Source: Spirochaetia bacterium | GTDB lineage: Bacteria; Spirochaetota; Spirochaetia; CADAEX01 | Direction: 5' to 3' | Assembly (NCBI GenBank): GCA_024402405.1 | Contig: JAKSTW010000002.1 | Location: 6,201 to 70,200 of the forward strand | Length of the DNA: 64,000 bases | Part shown: piece by piece, positions 29,014 through 39,101 of the stretch | How the letters are laid out: each line of letters begins with the position of its first letter | Position numbering within the stretch: position 1 is the first letter of the stretch | Position numbers and translations under genes: made by a program | Notes under the pieces: generated by a model | Seen by the model: only the letters and a program-made list of their open reading frames with translations | What the model was told of the DNA's origin: nothing | Databases searched by the model: none

Positions 29014-29478
29014 ATGGAAAAACAGGCCAGACTTACATTGATCAGACATCTGATCGCAGACAACAACATCCAGAATCAGGAGCAGCTTCAGGCTTTACTT
29101 CTGAAACATGATGTGGTCGTCACTCAGGCCACACTGTCCAGAGATCTTAAATTTCTGAAGGTAGGGAAAGTGCACCGTCCGTCGGGATATTGCTATTCTG
29201 TCAATGAGGATGAGTTGCGGAGATCTTCTGCCGAATATTTCATCAATGATATAAGCCGCGGATTCCTGTCCATGGATTTCTCAGGCAATATGGGGGTCAT
29301 CAGGACTCTGCCGGGATATGCCAACACTGTGGCTGTGGCGTTCGACAATCTGGAGCTGGAGGAGATCCTGGGGACAGTGGCTGGAGATGACACTGTTATT
29401 TTCGTTATAAAAGAAGGAATTACAAAAGAAAAACTCAGGGAAATTTTCAAGGAGAAATTTCCTTCATTGGATATTTAA
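29014..29478 (+). CDS. argR: Arginine repressor
   Basis: It has an N-terminal winged helix with the TQATLSRDLK motif and a C-terminal oligomerisation domain. Confidence 0.85.
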   Translation: MEKQARLTLIRHLIADNNIQNQEQLQALLLKHDVVVTQATLSRDLKFLKVGKVHRPSGYCYSVNEDELRRSSAEYFINDISRGFLSMDFSGNMGVIRTLPGYANTVAVAFDNLELEEILGTVAGDDTVIFVIKEGITKEKLREIFKEKFPSLDI

Positions 29479-29501
29479 TCAAGATATAATTTGGAGTAGT
29501 T

Positions 29502-30539
29502 ATGAAAGCAGTTATTTTGGGAACAACCGGATATACAGGAATGCTTCTGCTGAGACTTCTGGCAGATCATCCTGATGTGGATGAGATCATTCCTGTATCA
29601 TCATCAAAATATGGCAATCCTGCAGCATCAGTGGATCCTGGTATCGGAAAATCCATTCAGTCCAAGACTGGGCTGGTGAACGGCAAGCTGGTGACTCTGG
29701 AAGAGGCTGTGGCATTGAAGCCCGATGTAGTATTTGCCGGACTTCCTCATCTGGAATCAGCAAAGATATGTGAGCCTTTTTTCGGAAAAAGTGTGGTCAT
29801 CGACCTTTCTGCTGATTTCAGGATCAAGGATCATGAGCTTTTTGCCAGAGCTTATGGACAGAATCCTCCTCGTCCTGACCTGCTGCCTCAGAGCGTGTAT
29901 GGTCTGTGCGAGATCTATCCTGAGGATATAAAGAGAGCCGACATCATAGCAAATCCTGGATGTTATCCTACATGTACACTGCTGCCGATCATTCCGCTGG
30001 CAAAGAACGGTCTGCTGAAGGGCAAGATCATTGCAAATGCACTGTCAGGCATCTCAGGATCCGGACGCAAAGCCAAACTTCAGAGTCTTTTCTGCGAGCG
30101 TACTGAGAATACCTGTGCATATCTGCCTGGTCAGACTCACCGCCATTTTACAGAGATATTGAGTCAGATCTCAAACTTTGACTCATCACTGGATCTGTTC
30201 TTCACTCCGCACTTGGTTCCTTTGAAGCGCGGTATGGAGGTGACAACTGTGATCGAACTGGCAAAACCTGTGACAGAAGCAGAGATCGGAAAGATATATG
30301 AAGATTTCTACGGAGACAAACCATTTGTGAATCTGGTTCCTGGCACATTGCCTGAAAGTAAGAATGTGTGGGGTTCCAACCGCTGTGATATCGGCTGGCA
30401 GGTTCAGGGCAGCACGATCCTGCTGTTCTCTGTCATTGATAATCTGGTGAAGGGTGCTTCCGGCCAGGCTGTTCAGAATATGAACATCCGTTTCGGTTTT
30501 AAGGAGACTGCCGGTCTCTCACTGTATGGGGAACTCTGA
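29502..30539 (+). CDS. argC: N-acetyl-gamma-glutamyl-phosphate reductase
   Basis: It has the active-site Cys region GCYPT, and its N-terminus matches the ArgC NAD-binding fold. Confidence 0.85.
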   Translation: MKAVILGTTGYTGMLLLRLLADHPDVDEIIPVSSSKYGNPAASVDPGIGKSIQSKTGLVNGKLVTLEEAVALKPDVVFAGLPHLESAKICEPFFGKSVVIDLSADFRIKDHELFARAYGQNPPRPDLLPQSVYGLCEIYPEDIKRADIIANPGCYPTCTLLPIIPLAKNGLLKGKIIANALSGISGSGRKAKLQSLFCERTENTCAYLPGQTHRHFTEILSQISNFDSSLDLFFTPHLVPLKRGMEVTTVIELAKPVTEAEIGKIYEDFYGDKPFVNLVPGTLPESKNVWGSNRCDIGWQVQGSTILLFSVIDNLVKGASGQAVQNMNIRFGFKETAGLSLYGEL

Positions 30540-31303
30540 TGAAAGATATAGTTGTTGTCAAAACCGGAGGAAAAGCTGCCTCTGATACAGCCTCCATGGC
30601 TGCTCTCTTCAGAGAGATGAAAGCTCTGGGAGATAAATATTCCTTTATCCTGGTGCATGGCGGCGGAGCTGAGCTGACCAGAATCAGCAAGATATTCAAT
30701 CTGGAGCCTGTGTTCAAAGACGGTGTCAGACTGACCACACCTCCTGAGATGGAAGTGGCTGATATGGTGCTGGCTGGCAAGATGAACAAAGAGCTGGTTC
30801 GGCTGGGAAATATTTCTGGCTGCAAGGCTGTCGGTATGTGTGGCTGTGATGGCATGATCTTCACCGGCAGGGCAGTAAGTGAGATTTCCCATACAGGAAA
30901 GGTTTCAGGTGTGGATCCTTCTCTGCTGGCACTGCTGCTGGAAAATGGATATCTTCCAGTCGTGTCATCAGTTTCCATGGAGAATGGCGGTAAGGCGCTG
31001 AACATCAATGCAGACGAGGCTGCACTGGCTGTGTCTCAGGCTATGAAGGCTGCCAAACTGTTCTTTATTTCCGATATTCCGGGGGTCATGAAAGATGGGA
31101 AGGTCATCAGCCTGCTGACCAAAAGCCAGTCTGAGACAGAGATCGCATCCGGGGTTATTTCCGGCGGCATGATTCCTAAGGTGAATTCTTCTGTGAAAGC
31201 ACTGGAGAACGGTGTCCGGGAGATCAGTATCGGAGAGTACAAGGCTCAGGGTGACCTGGAGAAGACCATAGAGAGAAAAATAGGAACAAGTATTGTTCTT
31301 TAA
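30539..31303 (+). CDS. argB: Acetylglutamate kinase
   Basis: It has the amino-acid kinase fold with VVKTGG...VHGGG motifs. Its start overlaps the argC stop. Confidence 0.85.
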   Translation: MKDIVVVKTGGKAASDTASMAALFREMKALGDKYSFILVHGGGAELTRISKIFNLEPVFKDGVRLTTPPEMEVADMVLAGKMNKELVRLGNISGCKAVGMCGCDGMIFTGRAVSEISHTGKVSGVDPSLLALLLENGYLPVVSSVSMENGGKALNINADEAALAVSQAMKAAKLFFISDIPGVMKDGKVISLLTKSQSETEIASGVISGGMIPKVNSSVKALENGVREISIGEYKAQGDLEKTIERKIGTSIVL

Positions 31304-31313
31304 GGAGATATAA

Positions 31314-32525
31314 ATGATACCGCAGAATATTATCTACAATGCAGCATACCCAAGAAGCTACGGCAATGAATTCACACTTTTTGACCATGGCGAGGGATGC
31401 TATATATATGATGTTATCGGCAAGAAGTATTTGGATTTCGGTTCTGGAATTGCTGTCAATTCTCTGGGATATGGCAGAGAGGATCTGGCCAAGGCTGCTT
31501 ATGAGCAGATGAAGAAGATCCCGCATACCTCAAATCTGTACACTTCTGAAGCCACACTGCTGCTGGCAGACAAACTCACATCCTTCGGAAATTTCTCAGC
31601 TGTTCATTTCGGAAACAGCGGAACAGAGGCCAATGAGGCTGCCATAAAGTTTGCCCGCCTTTATTCAAAAAGAAAGAAAGGAAACGGAAATCATAAGATC
31701 ATAGCATTCGAGTGCGGATTCCATGGCCGTTCCATGGGTGCTCTTTCCTGCACATACAATCCGCATTACCGTGAGGACTGCGAGCCACTGGTACCTGGCG
31801 TGGAGTTCCTGCCATATAATGACGTGGAGACATTGAAAAAAACAGTGAACAGCACTTATGCTGCCATCATTGTGGAGGTGATCCAGGGGGAGGGCGGTCT
31901 CCGCTGCATGACTCCTGAGTTTGCCGAGGCGCTGAACCAGGTTTGTGCAGCCAATGATGTGCTGCTTATTGCCGATGAGGTTCAGACAGGACTGGCCAGA
32001 ACCGGCTATCCTTTCGCTTCAGGTATGGTGAACCTGAATCCTGATATCATCACACTGGCCAAACCGCTGGGTGGTGGTCTGCCGCTTTCTGCCACACTTA
32101 TTCCGGAGAAAGTCAACGAACTTCTCCAGCCGGGCGATCACGGATCGACTTTCGGAGGAAACCCTGTGGCATGTGCTGTTGCCAACCAGGTGCTGGAAGT
32201 GCTGCTGTTCCCGCCTTTCCTCTTTGAGGTCATGGAGAAGGGAAATTATCTGAAGAAGAAGATCCAGGAGCTGAAGTCAAGATTCAGCTGTATCGGTGAG
32301 CTCAAGGGTGCCGGTATGCTCCAGGGCTTTGAGGTGAACACACCTGCCGGTTATGATGGAGATCTCTCCAAGGATCTGATCAAGAAATGCCGCGAGAACG
32401 GACTTCTTCTGCTCCGCTCTGGTGTGAATGTGATCAGACTGGCCCCTCCGCTGGTGATCTCTGAGAAAGAGCTGGATGAAGGATTTGACATTATCGCAAA
32501 ATGCATGGAAAATAAACTTAAATAA
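31314..32525 (+). CDS. argD: Acetylornithine aminotransferase (class III PLP aminotransferase)
   Basis: The motifs DEVQTGLARTG and LAKPLGGGLP place it in class III. The operon context supports argD. Confidence 0.8.
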   Translation: MIPQNIIYNAAYPRSYGNEFTLFDHGEGCYIYDVIGKKYLDFGSGIAVNSLGYGREDLAKAAYEQMKKIPHTSNLYTSEATLLLADKLTSFGNFSAVHFGNSGTEANEAAIKFARLYSKRKKGNGNHKIIAFECGFHGRSMGALSCTYNPHYREDCEPLVPGVEFLPYNDVETLKKTVNSTYAAIIVEVIQGEGGLRCMTPEFAEALNQVCAANDVLLIADEVQTGLARTGYPFASGMVNLNPDIITLAKPLGGGLPLSATLIPEKVNELLQPGDHGSTFGGNPVACAVANQVLEVLLFPPFLFEVMEKGNYLKKKIQELKSRFSCIGELKGAGMLQGFEVNTPAGYDGDLSKDLIKKCRENGLLLLRSGVNVIRLAPPLVISEKELDEGFDIIAKCMENKLK

Positions 32526-32536
32526 GGAGATATATT

Positions 32537-33826
32537 ATGGCTTGCAATAGATGTAAAAAAAGCAAGAAAGAGAAAATTATTCTTGCATATTCCGGTGGAC
32601 TTGATACAACAGTTATCATTCCATGGCTGAAAGAGAATTATGATTATGATGTCATTGCTGTCTGCATTGATGTGGGACAGGGCGACAACTGGCCTGTTAT
32701 CAAGGAAAGAGCTCTGAAGACAGGTGCTTCCGCATGTTATGTCGTGGATGCCCGCCAGGAATATATTGAGGAATATATCTGGCCTGCACTGAAGGCTAAC
32801 TGCGTTTATGAGGATCAGTATCTGCTGGGAACATCAACAGCACGTCCGCTTATCGGAAAGATTCTTGTTGAATATGCACGCCAGGAAGGAGCTGTTGCGA
32901 TCTGTCACGGAGCTACCGGAAAGGGAAATGACCAGATCCGTTTTGAGCTGGCGATCAAAGCATTCGCTCCTGACCTGAAAGTGATCGCAGCATGGAGAGA
33001 TGACAAATGGAACATGGACAGCCGCGATGCTGAGATCAAGTTCCTTGAGGACAGAGGACTGGAAGTTCCTATGAAGAAGGATCAGTCATACAGCCGTGAT
33101 GAGAATATCTGGCACCTGTCACATGAGGGACTGGAACTGGAGAAGACAGAGAACGAGCCTAACTATAAGCATATGCTGCAGAACACAGTTTGCCCGGAAG
33201 AGGCACCTGAGGCTGGCGAATATGTCAAGATCGAGTTTGAGAAGGGTATTCCTGTAAGTGTCAACGGAGTAAGAATGAACGGTCTGGATCTGATGCTGGA
33301 ACTGAACAAGATCGGCGGAAGAAACGGTGTTGGACTGGTGGATATCTGTGAGAACCGCTGTGTAGGAATGAAGAGCCGCGGCGTTTATGAGACACCGGGT
33401 GGAGCGATCCTTTATGCCGCACACGAAATGATTGATCATCTGTGCCTTGACAGGGACACATACCATTATAAGCAGCAGATTTCCCTGAGAATGAGCGAGC
33501 TTATCTATGACGGCAAGTGGTTCACAACATTGATGGACGCATGTATGGCATTCATTGACAAGACACAGGAGACATGCACAGGCTGGGTGAATCTGAAACT
33601 GTACAAAGGCTCCATCCGCGGTGCAGGCTCATACTCAAAGTACAGTCTGTACAATGAGAGCATTGCATCTTTCACAACCGGAGAACTCTATAACCACAAG
33701 GATGCACAGGGCTTCATCACACTGTTCGGTCTGCCTCTGAAAGTGCGCGCACTTATGGAACAGCAGAACGGAGAAGGTCAGGCTATCCTGAAGAACAAGA
33801 ACTTTAAGAAGAGACCTACTGAGTGA
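32537..33826 (+). CDS. argG: Argininosuccinate synthase
   Basis: It has the N-terminal PP-loop AYSGGLDTT and matches ArgG-family sequence throughout. Confidence 0.9.
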   Translation: MACNRCKKSKKEKIILAYSGGLDTTVIIPWLKENYDYDVIAVCIDVGQGDNWPVIKERALKTGASACYVVDARQEYIEEYIWPALKANCVYEDQYLLGTSTARPLIGKILVEYARQEGAVAICHGATGKGNDQIRFELAIKAFAPDLKVIAAWRDDKWNMDSRDAEIKFLEDRGLEVPMKKDQSYSRDENIWHLSHEGLELEKTENEPNYKHMLQNTVCPEEAPEAGEYVKIEFEKGIPVSVNGVRMNGLDLMLELNKIGGRNGVGLVDICENRCVGMKSRGVYETPGGAILYAAHEMIDHLCLDRDTYHYKQQISLRMSELIYDGKWFTTLMDACMAFIDKTQETCTGWVNLKLYKGSIRGAGSYSKYSLYNESIASFTTGELYNHKDAQGFITLFGLPLKVRALMEQQNGEGQAILKNKNFKKRPTE

Positions 33827-33854
33827 TAATGCCACTCTGATCGTTGTTTGAAAA

Positions 33855-33884
33855 GGCTTCTCTGAAAAGGGAAGCCCTTTTATT
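33855..33884 (+). terminator. Weak Rho-independent terminator after argG
   Basis: The hairpin is GGCTTC...GAAGCC, followed by CTTTTATT. Confidence 0.35.
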
Positions 33885-33935
33885 GGCAGATTTCAACTTG
33901 AAAAAATAAGCAGACAGTACCTAGATCATACAGGA

Positions 33936-34715
33936 GTGAAATTTATGCATATCCGTCTTGAATCACTTATACACACATATGGTGATGTGCATGCGGTTCA
34001 GAATGTCAGCCTTGATATACCTTCTAATGCTATTTTCGGTATTATCGGAAGGAGCGGTTCCGGCAAGTCAGTTCTTATCCGCCTGATAAGCCTGCTGGAA
34101 AAGCCTGATGATGGAGCTGTCTACTACGATGATGAACGGGTGGATGATCTTCCCGATGATGAGCTTATCCTGCGCCGCCGCAGAATAGGTATTGTCTTTC
34201 AGAATATCAACCTGTTCAACTCACGTACTGCTGCGAAAAATATTGCATATCCACTTGAGATATGTGGGATGCCGAAAGACAGGATAAAAGCGCGTGTTGC
34301 AGAACTGCTTGAACTTGTCGGGCTTGCAGACCGTGGCAATGCCCAGATCAGCACGCTTTCAGGAGGGCAGAAACAGCGTATCGCAATTGCTCGTGCTCTG
34401 GCAAACAACCCAGATATACTGTTCTGTGATGAGGCTACCAGTGCGCTTGATCCGCAGACGAGCCGTTCGATCTTTGAACTGATATGTGATATCCAGAAAA
34501 AAATGAATCTCACGGTTGTTCTGGTCACTCATAAGATGGCGGTCGTCCGTGATGTCTGCTCGTATGTAGCGGTCATTGATTCTGGCAAGGTTGTGGAGTG
34601 TGGTTCTGTCGTCGGTATTTTCGCTCATCCTAAGGCAGATATAACCAAAGATTTCATCGCTGATCTTCCTGCAAGACCAGATCCAAAAGATACAGGGAGA
34701 ACTGAGAATGTCTGA
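33936..34715 (+). CDS. metN: Methionine/D-methionine ABC transporter ATP-binding protein
   Basis: It has a Walker A motif (GRSGSGKS) and the signature LSGGQKQR. A NIL-like C-terminal domain and the MetI/MetQ genes downstream support the assignment. Confidence 0.8.
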   Translation: MKFMHIRLESLIHTYGDVHAVQNVSLDIPSNAIFGIIGRSGSGKSVLIRLISLLEKPDDGAVYYDDERVDDLPDDELILRRRRIGIVFQNINLFNSRTAAKNIAYPLEICGMPKDRIKARVAELLELVGLADRGNAQISTLSGGQKQRIAIARALANNPDILFCDEATSALDPQTSRSIFELICDIQKKMNLTVVLVTHKMAVVRDVCSYVAVIDSGKVVECGSVVGIFAHPKADITKDFIADLPARPDPKDTGRTENV

Positions 34716-35373
34716 TATTCAGATGATCGTCTCGCTGGTTGGTGCTGCGACTGTACAGACTATTGTTATGGTTTTCTTTTCAATGGTATTCTCACTTATT
34801 CTGGGATTGCCGCTGGGAATTCTGCTCTGTGTGACTGATCCAGCCGTAGGTATCATGCCGAAGCCAGTACTTAACCAGATACTGACCCGTATTGTCAATG
34901 TCCTGCGTTCATTTCCGTTTATTATTCTTATGATCCTTCTGTTCCCTCTGTCCCGTATCATCGTAGGAACCAGTATCGGAACAGGAGCTGCTATTGTGCC
35001 GCTGTCAATTGCTGCAGTGCCATTCGTAGCCCGTGTCATTGAGACGGCACTGAAAGAGGTGAATCCGGAAGTAGTTCAGGCGGCGCGTGCGATGGGTTCT
35101 ACAAATATGCAGATAATAATTAAGGTCCTGCTGCCTGAGAGTATGCCTTCACTGGTGGCTGGCATTACATTGACTGTCATCAATCTGATAGGATATTCTG
35201 CTATGGCAGGAGCCATCGGCGGAGGTGGTCTGGGTGATCTGGCCATACGGTATGGTTATCAGCGGTTCCGTACAGATATTATGATCGTTGCGGTCATCGT
35301 TATTCTTGTTATGGTTGAAGCCATACAGATAATAGGCACCAAAATAAGTACAGATTTTATGAACCACCGCTGA
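34708..35373 (+). CDS. metI: Methionine ABC transporter permease
   Basis: It is a 5-transmembrane permease with an EAA-like loop and sits in the metNIQ order. Confidence 0.8.
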   Translation: MSDIQMIVSLVGAATVQTIVMVFFSMVFSLILGLPLGILLCVTDPAVGIMPKPVLNQILTRIVNVLRSFPFIILMILLFPLSRIIVGTSIGTGAAIVPLSIAAVPFVARVIETALKEVNPEVVQAARAMGSTNMQIIIKVLLPESMPSLVAGITLTVINLIGYSAMAGAIGGGGLGDLAIRYGYQRFRTDIMIVAVIVILVMVEAIQIIGTKISTDFMNHR

Positions 35374-35383
35374 CAAAGGAGAT

Positions 35384-36184
35384 GTGATGAGACGATTTTT
35401 TCTTATAAGTGTGATTTTTCTGATGACGATGGTTTTTCTTGCATGTGGAAAGAAGGCTGATTCCAATGTTCTGACAGTCGGTGCGACACCGGAACCCCAT
35501 GCTGCTATGCTTAAACTTATTGCTGATGATCTTAAGGCTGAGGGCATCACACTCAAGATCGTTGAATTCACCGATTATGTCACACCGAACAGAGCTCTTG
35601 AGGATGGACAGCTTGATGCCAACTTCTTCCAGCATCTTCCGTATATGAAGGATCAGAACCGGGAAATGGGATATCATCTGGTGAATGCAGGCAGTACTCA
35701 TATCGAGCCTATTGCTCTATATTCAAAGAAGATAAGCAGTCTTGCTGACCTGGCTGACGGTGCAACGATTGTGATTCCTAACGATCCGACCAATGAGGGG
35801 CGTGCGTTGCTTCTGCTGCAGAGTGCCGGTCTGATCACAATGGATCCATCGGCCAATATCATGTCAACTTCTTTTGACATTGTCTCCAATCCTAAAAAAC
35901 TGAAGTTCTCTGAAATTGAAGCTGCTTCCCTGCCGCGTATCCTTCCTGATGTGGATGCTGCCATCATCAACGGAAACTATGCTATTCCTGCAGGATTGAG
36001 TGTGCGGAATGACAGCCTGTTTGTGGAAGATTCCAGTTCCCCGTTCGTGAACATTGTTGCAGTCAGGGAAGAAAAGGCGAATGATCCGCGCATTCTGGCA
36101 CTGGTAAATGCCCTCAGAAGTCAGAAAATCAGAGATTATATCTCCAGAACATATCCTGACGGAGAAGTTGTTCCGGCATTCTGA
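35384..36184 (+). CDS. metQ: MetQ/NlpA-family lipoprotein (methionine-binding)
   Basis: It has a lipobox (FLACG) and matches the NlpA family. Confidence 0.8.
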   Translation: MMRRFFLISVIFLMTMVFLACGKKADSNVLTVGATPEPHAAMLKLIADDLKAEGITLKIVEFTDYVTPNRALEDGQLDANFFQHLPYMKDQNREMGYHLVNAGSTHIEPIALYSKKISSLADLADGATIVIPNDPTNEGRALLLLQSAGLITMDPSANIMSTSFDIVSNPKKLKFSEIEAASLPRILPDVDAAIINGNYAIPAGLSVRNDSLFVEDSSSPFVNIVAVREEKANDPRILALVNALRSQKIRDYISRTYPDGEVVPAF

Positions 36185-36366
36185 TCTGTCTCTGTCGTTG
36201 ACAGCCGCGGCGATATTTATAAATGATTACTGTCTGATATCAGAATATATGTCGTTTCAATTCCTGGTAAAATTTTCCATAAAAGATGGTTTGAGAATCC
36301 TGAATAATAGGGAAATAATTGAACTGGTTGCGAAGTATTGCCTGTAAGCCAATGATTATTATATGT

Positions 36367-37758
36367 TCACTTTGCCTGTTTTCTCCCGGCTTGTACAGGA
36401 TCTGGTTTTATAAGGCTGACTGCTACGAAAACAACGGCTCCTACTATGCATGGAAATAATCCTCCTACCGATGGAACCGGAACTCCCAGACAGTCAAGTG
36501 TCACACATATTATACCAGCAACAGATGAGGCGGAAGCTCCCAGGGCTGAGGCTTTTCTGAACAGGATTCCGCCGATGAAAGGCACGAAGCAGGCTGCCGC
36601 AAGAAAGCTGTAGAATATATTCAGTACATCGAGAATTGCTGTTGCATGCAGTGCCATGATCACGGCCAGAACTGTGATTCCGGCATTCATAGCCAGAGAC
36701 ATTGCCTGCAGCTGTTTTTCCCGGAAGTTCTTTTTGCATGTCTTCTGGAGAAAATCACATATTATGACAGTATCTATTGTAGAATAACAGCATGCTATTG
36801 TGGACATGACTGCGGCCAGGACAGCAACGACTATTGATGCTGATATCAGCTTGGGAAGTTCAGTAAGGACTACAGAAAAGAATACCATGTCATTGGATAT
36901 TCCGTATTTTACGGCTCCATACACACCGATGAAGGCAGGCATGACGGCAAGAGGTATCATGATGAAAAATGATATCAGGTGAGAGACTTTGACAGCTTCC
37001 GCACTTTTCGCAGTTCCTATGCGGACAAACATTTCCTGACTGGTGACCATGCTCAGCAGCAGTGGGGTCACCATGGCCAGAAAGCCCATCATGCTCAGTC
37101 CGCTGAAATCAAGAGCACCTGCCGGGGCTGTTCCTGCTGCGATTCCAGCCCTGATGACATCTATGCCGTTATTGGCGATTATAACGATTGTTGTCAGTAC
37201 CAACCCTATTATGATTATGACTATCTGTACTGCTGAAGTTGCATATGCTCCCCATATACCTGCAAACTGTGCGTAGAAGAATACTACCACGGCAATTATG
37301 ATAGTTCCTATGGTACTGTTCAGGCCAAGTACATCAAACAGCGCCTTGCCTGCTATGAGCTGCACTCCGAAGATTCCCACATATGAGAACATGGTGGCAA
37401 TGACATAGATCACACCGGGAACCTCGCTGTGATATCTTTCTTTTGTGTACTCAGCCAGAGATCCGTACTTATGCTTATAAATAAAACTTGCCAGAAATAC
37501 TGTCACCAGTGCAGTGCATGCACATGACAATCCGTATGCTGAACCGGCCAGTCCTACCAATGAACCTTTGCCTGCCCCGCCGACGACGAAACCATTTCCG
37601 ATATTGGAACCGATACAGCTTCCCGCAAGCAGAATGATACCTCCACGTTTTCCCATATCAATGGAACTGCTGAAGTCCTTTGAATAGCGGTGGCCGAATA
37701 CTCCGATTCCGATCATGAAAAGGAGGTATACACTGAGCATTATCATTATTAATTGCAT
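36367..37758 (-). CDS. Sodium:solute symporter family (SSF) transporter
   Basis: It is a polytopic membrane protein of 463 aa with SSF-like helices. The substrate is unknown. Confidence 0.65.
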   Translation of the reverse strand: MQLIMIMLSVYLLFMIGIGVFGHRYSKDFSSSIDMGKRGGIILLAGSCIGSNIGNGFVVGGAGKGSLVGLAGSAYGLSCACTALVTVFLASFIYKHKYGSLAEYTKERYHSEVPGVIYVIATMFSYVGIFGVQLIAGKALFDVLGLNSTIGTIIIAVVVFFYAQFAGIWGAYATSAVQIVIIIIGLVLTTIVIIANNGIDVIRAGIAAGTAPAGALDFSGLSMMGFLAMVTPLLLSMVTSQEMFVRIGTAKSAEAVKVSHLISFFIMIPLAVMPAFIGVYGAVKYGISNDMVFFSVVLTELPKLISASIVVAVLAAVMSTIACCYSTIDTVIICDFLQKTCKKNFREKQLQAMSLAMNAGITVLAVIMALHATAILDVLNIFYSFLAAACFVPFIGGILFRKASALGASASSVAGIICVTLDCLGVPVPSVGGLFPCIVGAVVFVAVSLIKPDPVQAGRKQAK

Positions 37759-37828
37759 GACAGTACTTCTCCGATAAGAATTAAATTCATTTCATATTAA
37801 CATATTATCATTGTTATTTCTATAAATA

Positions 37829-38110
37829 TTATTGAATTGAGAGTATGAACAACCCATACAGGTCATCGGCTCCCTGTATGCGCGGATGGTTCTCACCGCC
37901 GCCGTTGGTGCTGCGGCACATTTCCGCATAGGCTTCCTCGCCTGCCATTATGAGATCAAATGGTGCTATGGGATATCCGTATTCTGTGCTGATGCGGCAG
38001 AAGTCTGATACTGAGTTGTCGCTGTCCTTTGTTGCCAGCAGTTTCTGTCTCAATGCCCCGTCTTTTTTTACCAGCTCATACAGCCTGTCAAGTGTTTCCT
38101 GTGGTGTCAT
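37829..38110 (-). CDS. Small Nif11-domain-like protein
   Basis: The N-terminal 50 aa (LDRLYELVKKDGALRQKLLATKD...DFCRISTEYGYPIAPFDL) fit the Nif11 pattern. A GGG motif and a short tail follow. Confidence 0.4.
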   Translation of the reverse strand: MTPQETLDRLYELVKKDGALRQKLLATKDSDNSVSDFCRISTEYGYPIAPFDLIMAGEEAYAEMCRSTNGGGENHPRIQGADDLYGLFILSIQ

Positions 38111-38192
38111 GTCCTAACAATATGGCACTTCTGTATTTTTTGCAAGGGTATGATCAGAATGGGTTTTCAGGATGTTATTTATTTAATAAGAT

Positions 38193-39041
38193 ATGACTAT
38201 GAAGAATAGATTTGTTCAGCTTGTGCTTCTGACTTCTGTGATTTTCATCTTTTGGGTGGGGGGCTGTTCGAACAGCTGTGATGAAGGGCAGTGTCATGCA
38301 TTGACTGTTTATACATTGCAGCCATGGTATGATGAGCTGACTGAATTTCGTGATGATGTGATTCCCCTGCCTGGCGGGATAGAGAATGATTCAGAACTTC
38401 CTGTTGTTGCCGGAGAATTTCTTGCTGATGTGATACCGGACTGTGTATATCCGGATAAAATGGCTGTCAAAAATGAAGTTCTCACAAAAGAACATTTTAA
38501 AGCCATGGGAAGGAATCAGATCGTAATGTTCCAGGGGCATGGTTCTTATGAGGAGGGGATCGGCTCTGTACTATGGAATAAGAACTGGTGGGACTGGAAC
38601 AAAGAGGAAAGTGATCCTGCCTTCAGGCGTGAGGTGGAAGCGGGACGTATCGTGAATTCTGAATTTAATGAGGCATATACAGAGAAATTCATCCGAAAAT
38701 ACTGTGGCAATTTGAAAGGTTCCATCATATATATGGGACAGTGTCTCAGCTGTAAGGATGAGATACTTGCCCAGGCTTTTCTGGATAAGGGTGCTGTGGC
38801 TGTCATAGGAAATACTGATGCTATCCAGACCCGTTATGGAGATATAATGCAGTATACGGTGATAACTAGTCTGGCGCATATCAATCCGGTCACAAAGGAT
38901 TATTATACAATAGGTGAGGCACTTAAGGAGGCTCAGCGGATATATGGTGAAGATGAACTGGAACGGTATCCTTTTGCCAATGGTGCCAAACCTGTGATCT
39001 ATGGAAATGCTTCATACAGGATCGCAACAGTCAGAAAATAA
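38193..39041 (+). CDS. Lipoprotein, possible clan-CD (caspase/gingipain/clostripain-like) cysteine peptidase fold
   Basis: It has a lipobox (WVGGCSN). A candidate His-Gly pair (FQGHGS) and a Gln-Cys motif (MGQCLSC) are spaced as in clan CD peptidases. The family call is tentative. Confidence 0.35.
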   Translation: MTMKNRFVQLVLLTSVIFIFWVGGCSNSCDEGQCHALTVYTLQPWYDELTEFRDDVIPLPGGIENDSELPVVAGEFLADVIPDCVYPDKMAVKNEVLTKEHFKAMGRNQIVMFQGHGSYEEGIGSVLWNKNWWDWNKEESDPAFRREVEAGRIVNSEFNEAYTEKFIRKYCGNLKGSIIYMGQCLSCKDEILAQAFLDKGAVAVIGNTDAIQTRYGDIMQYTVITSLAHINPVTKDYYTIGEALKEAQRIYGEDELERYPFANGAKPVIYGNASYRIATVRK

Positions 39042-39101
39042 TGAAATTTTTTTATCTGTAGCATTATTTGACACACCATATGTGCTATACTTATTTTACT
39101 G

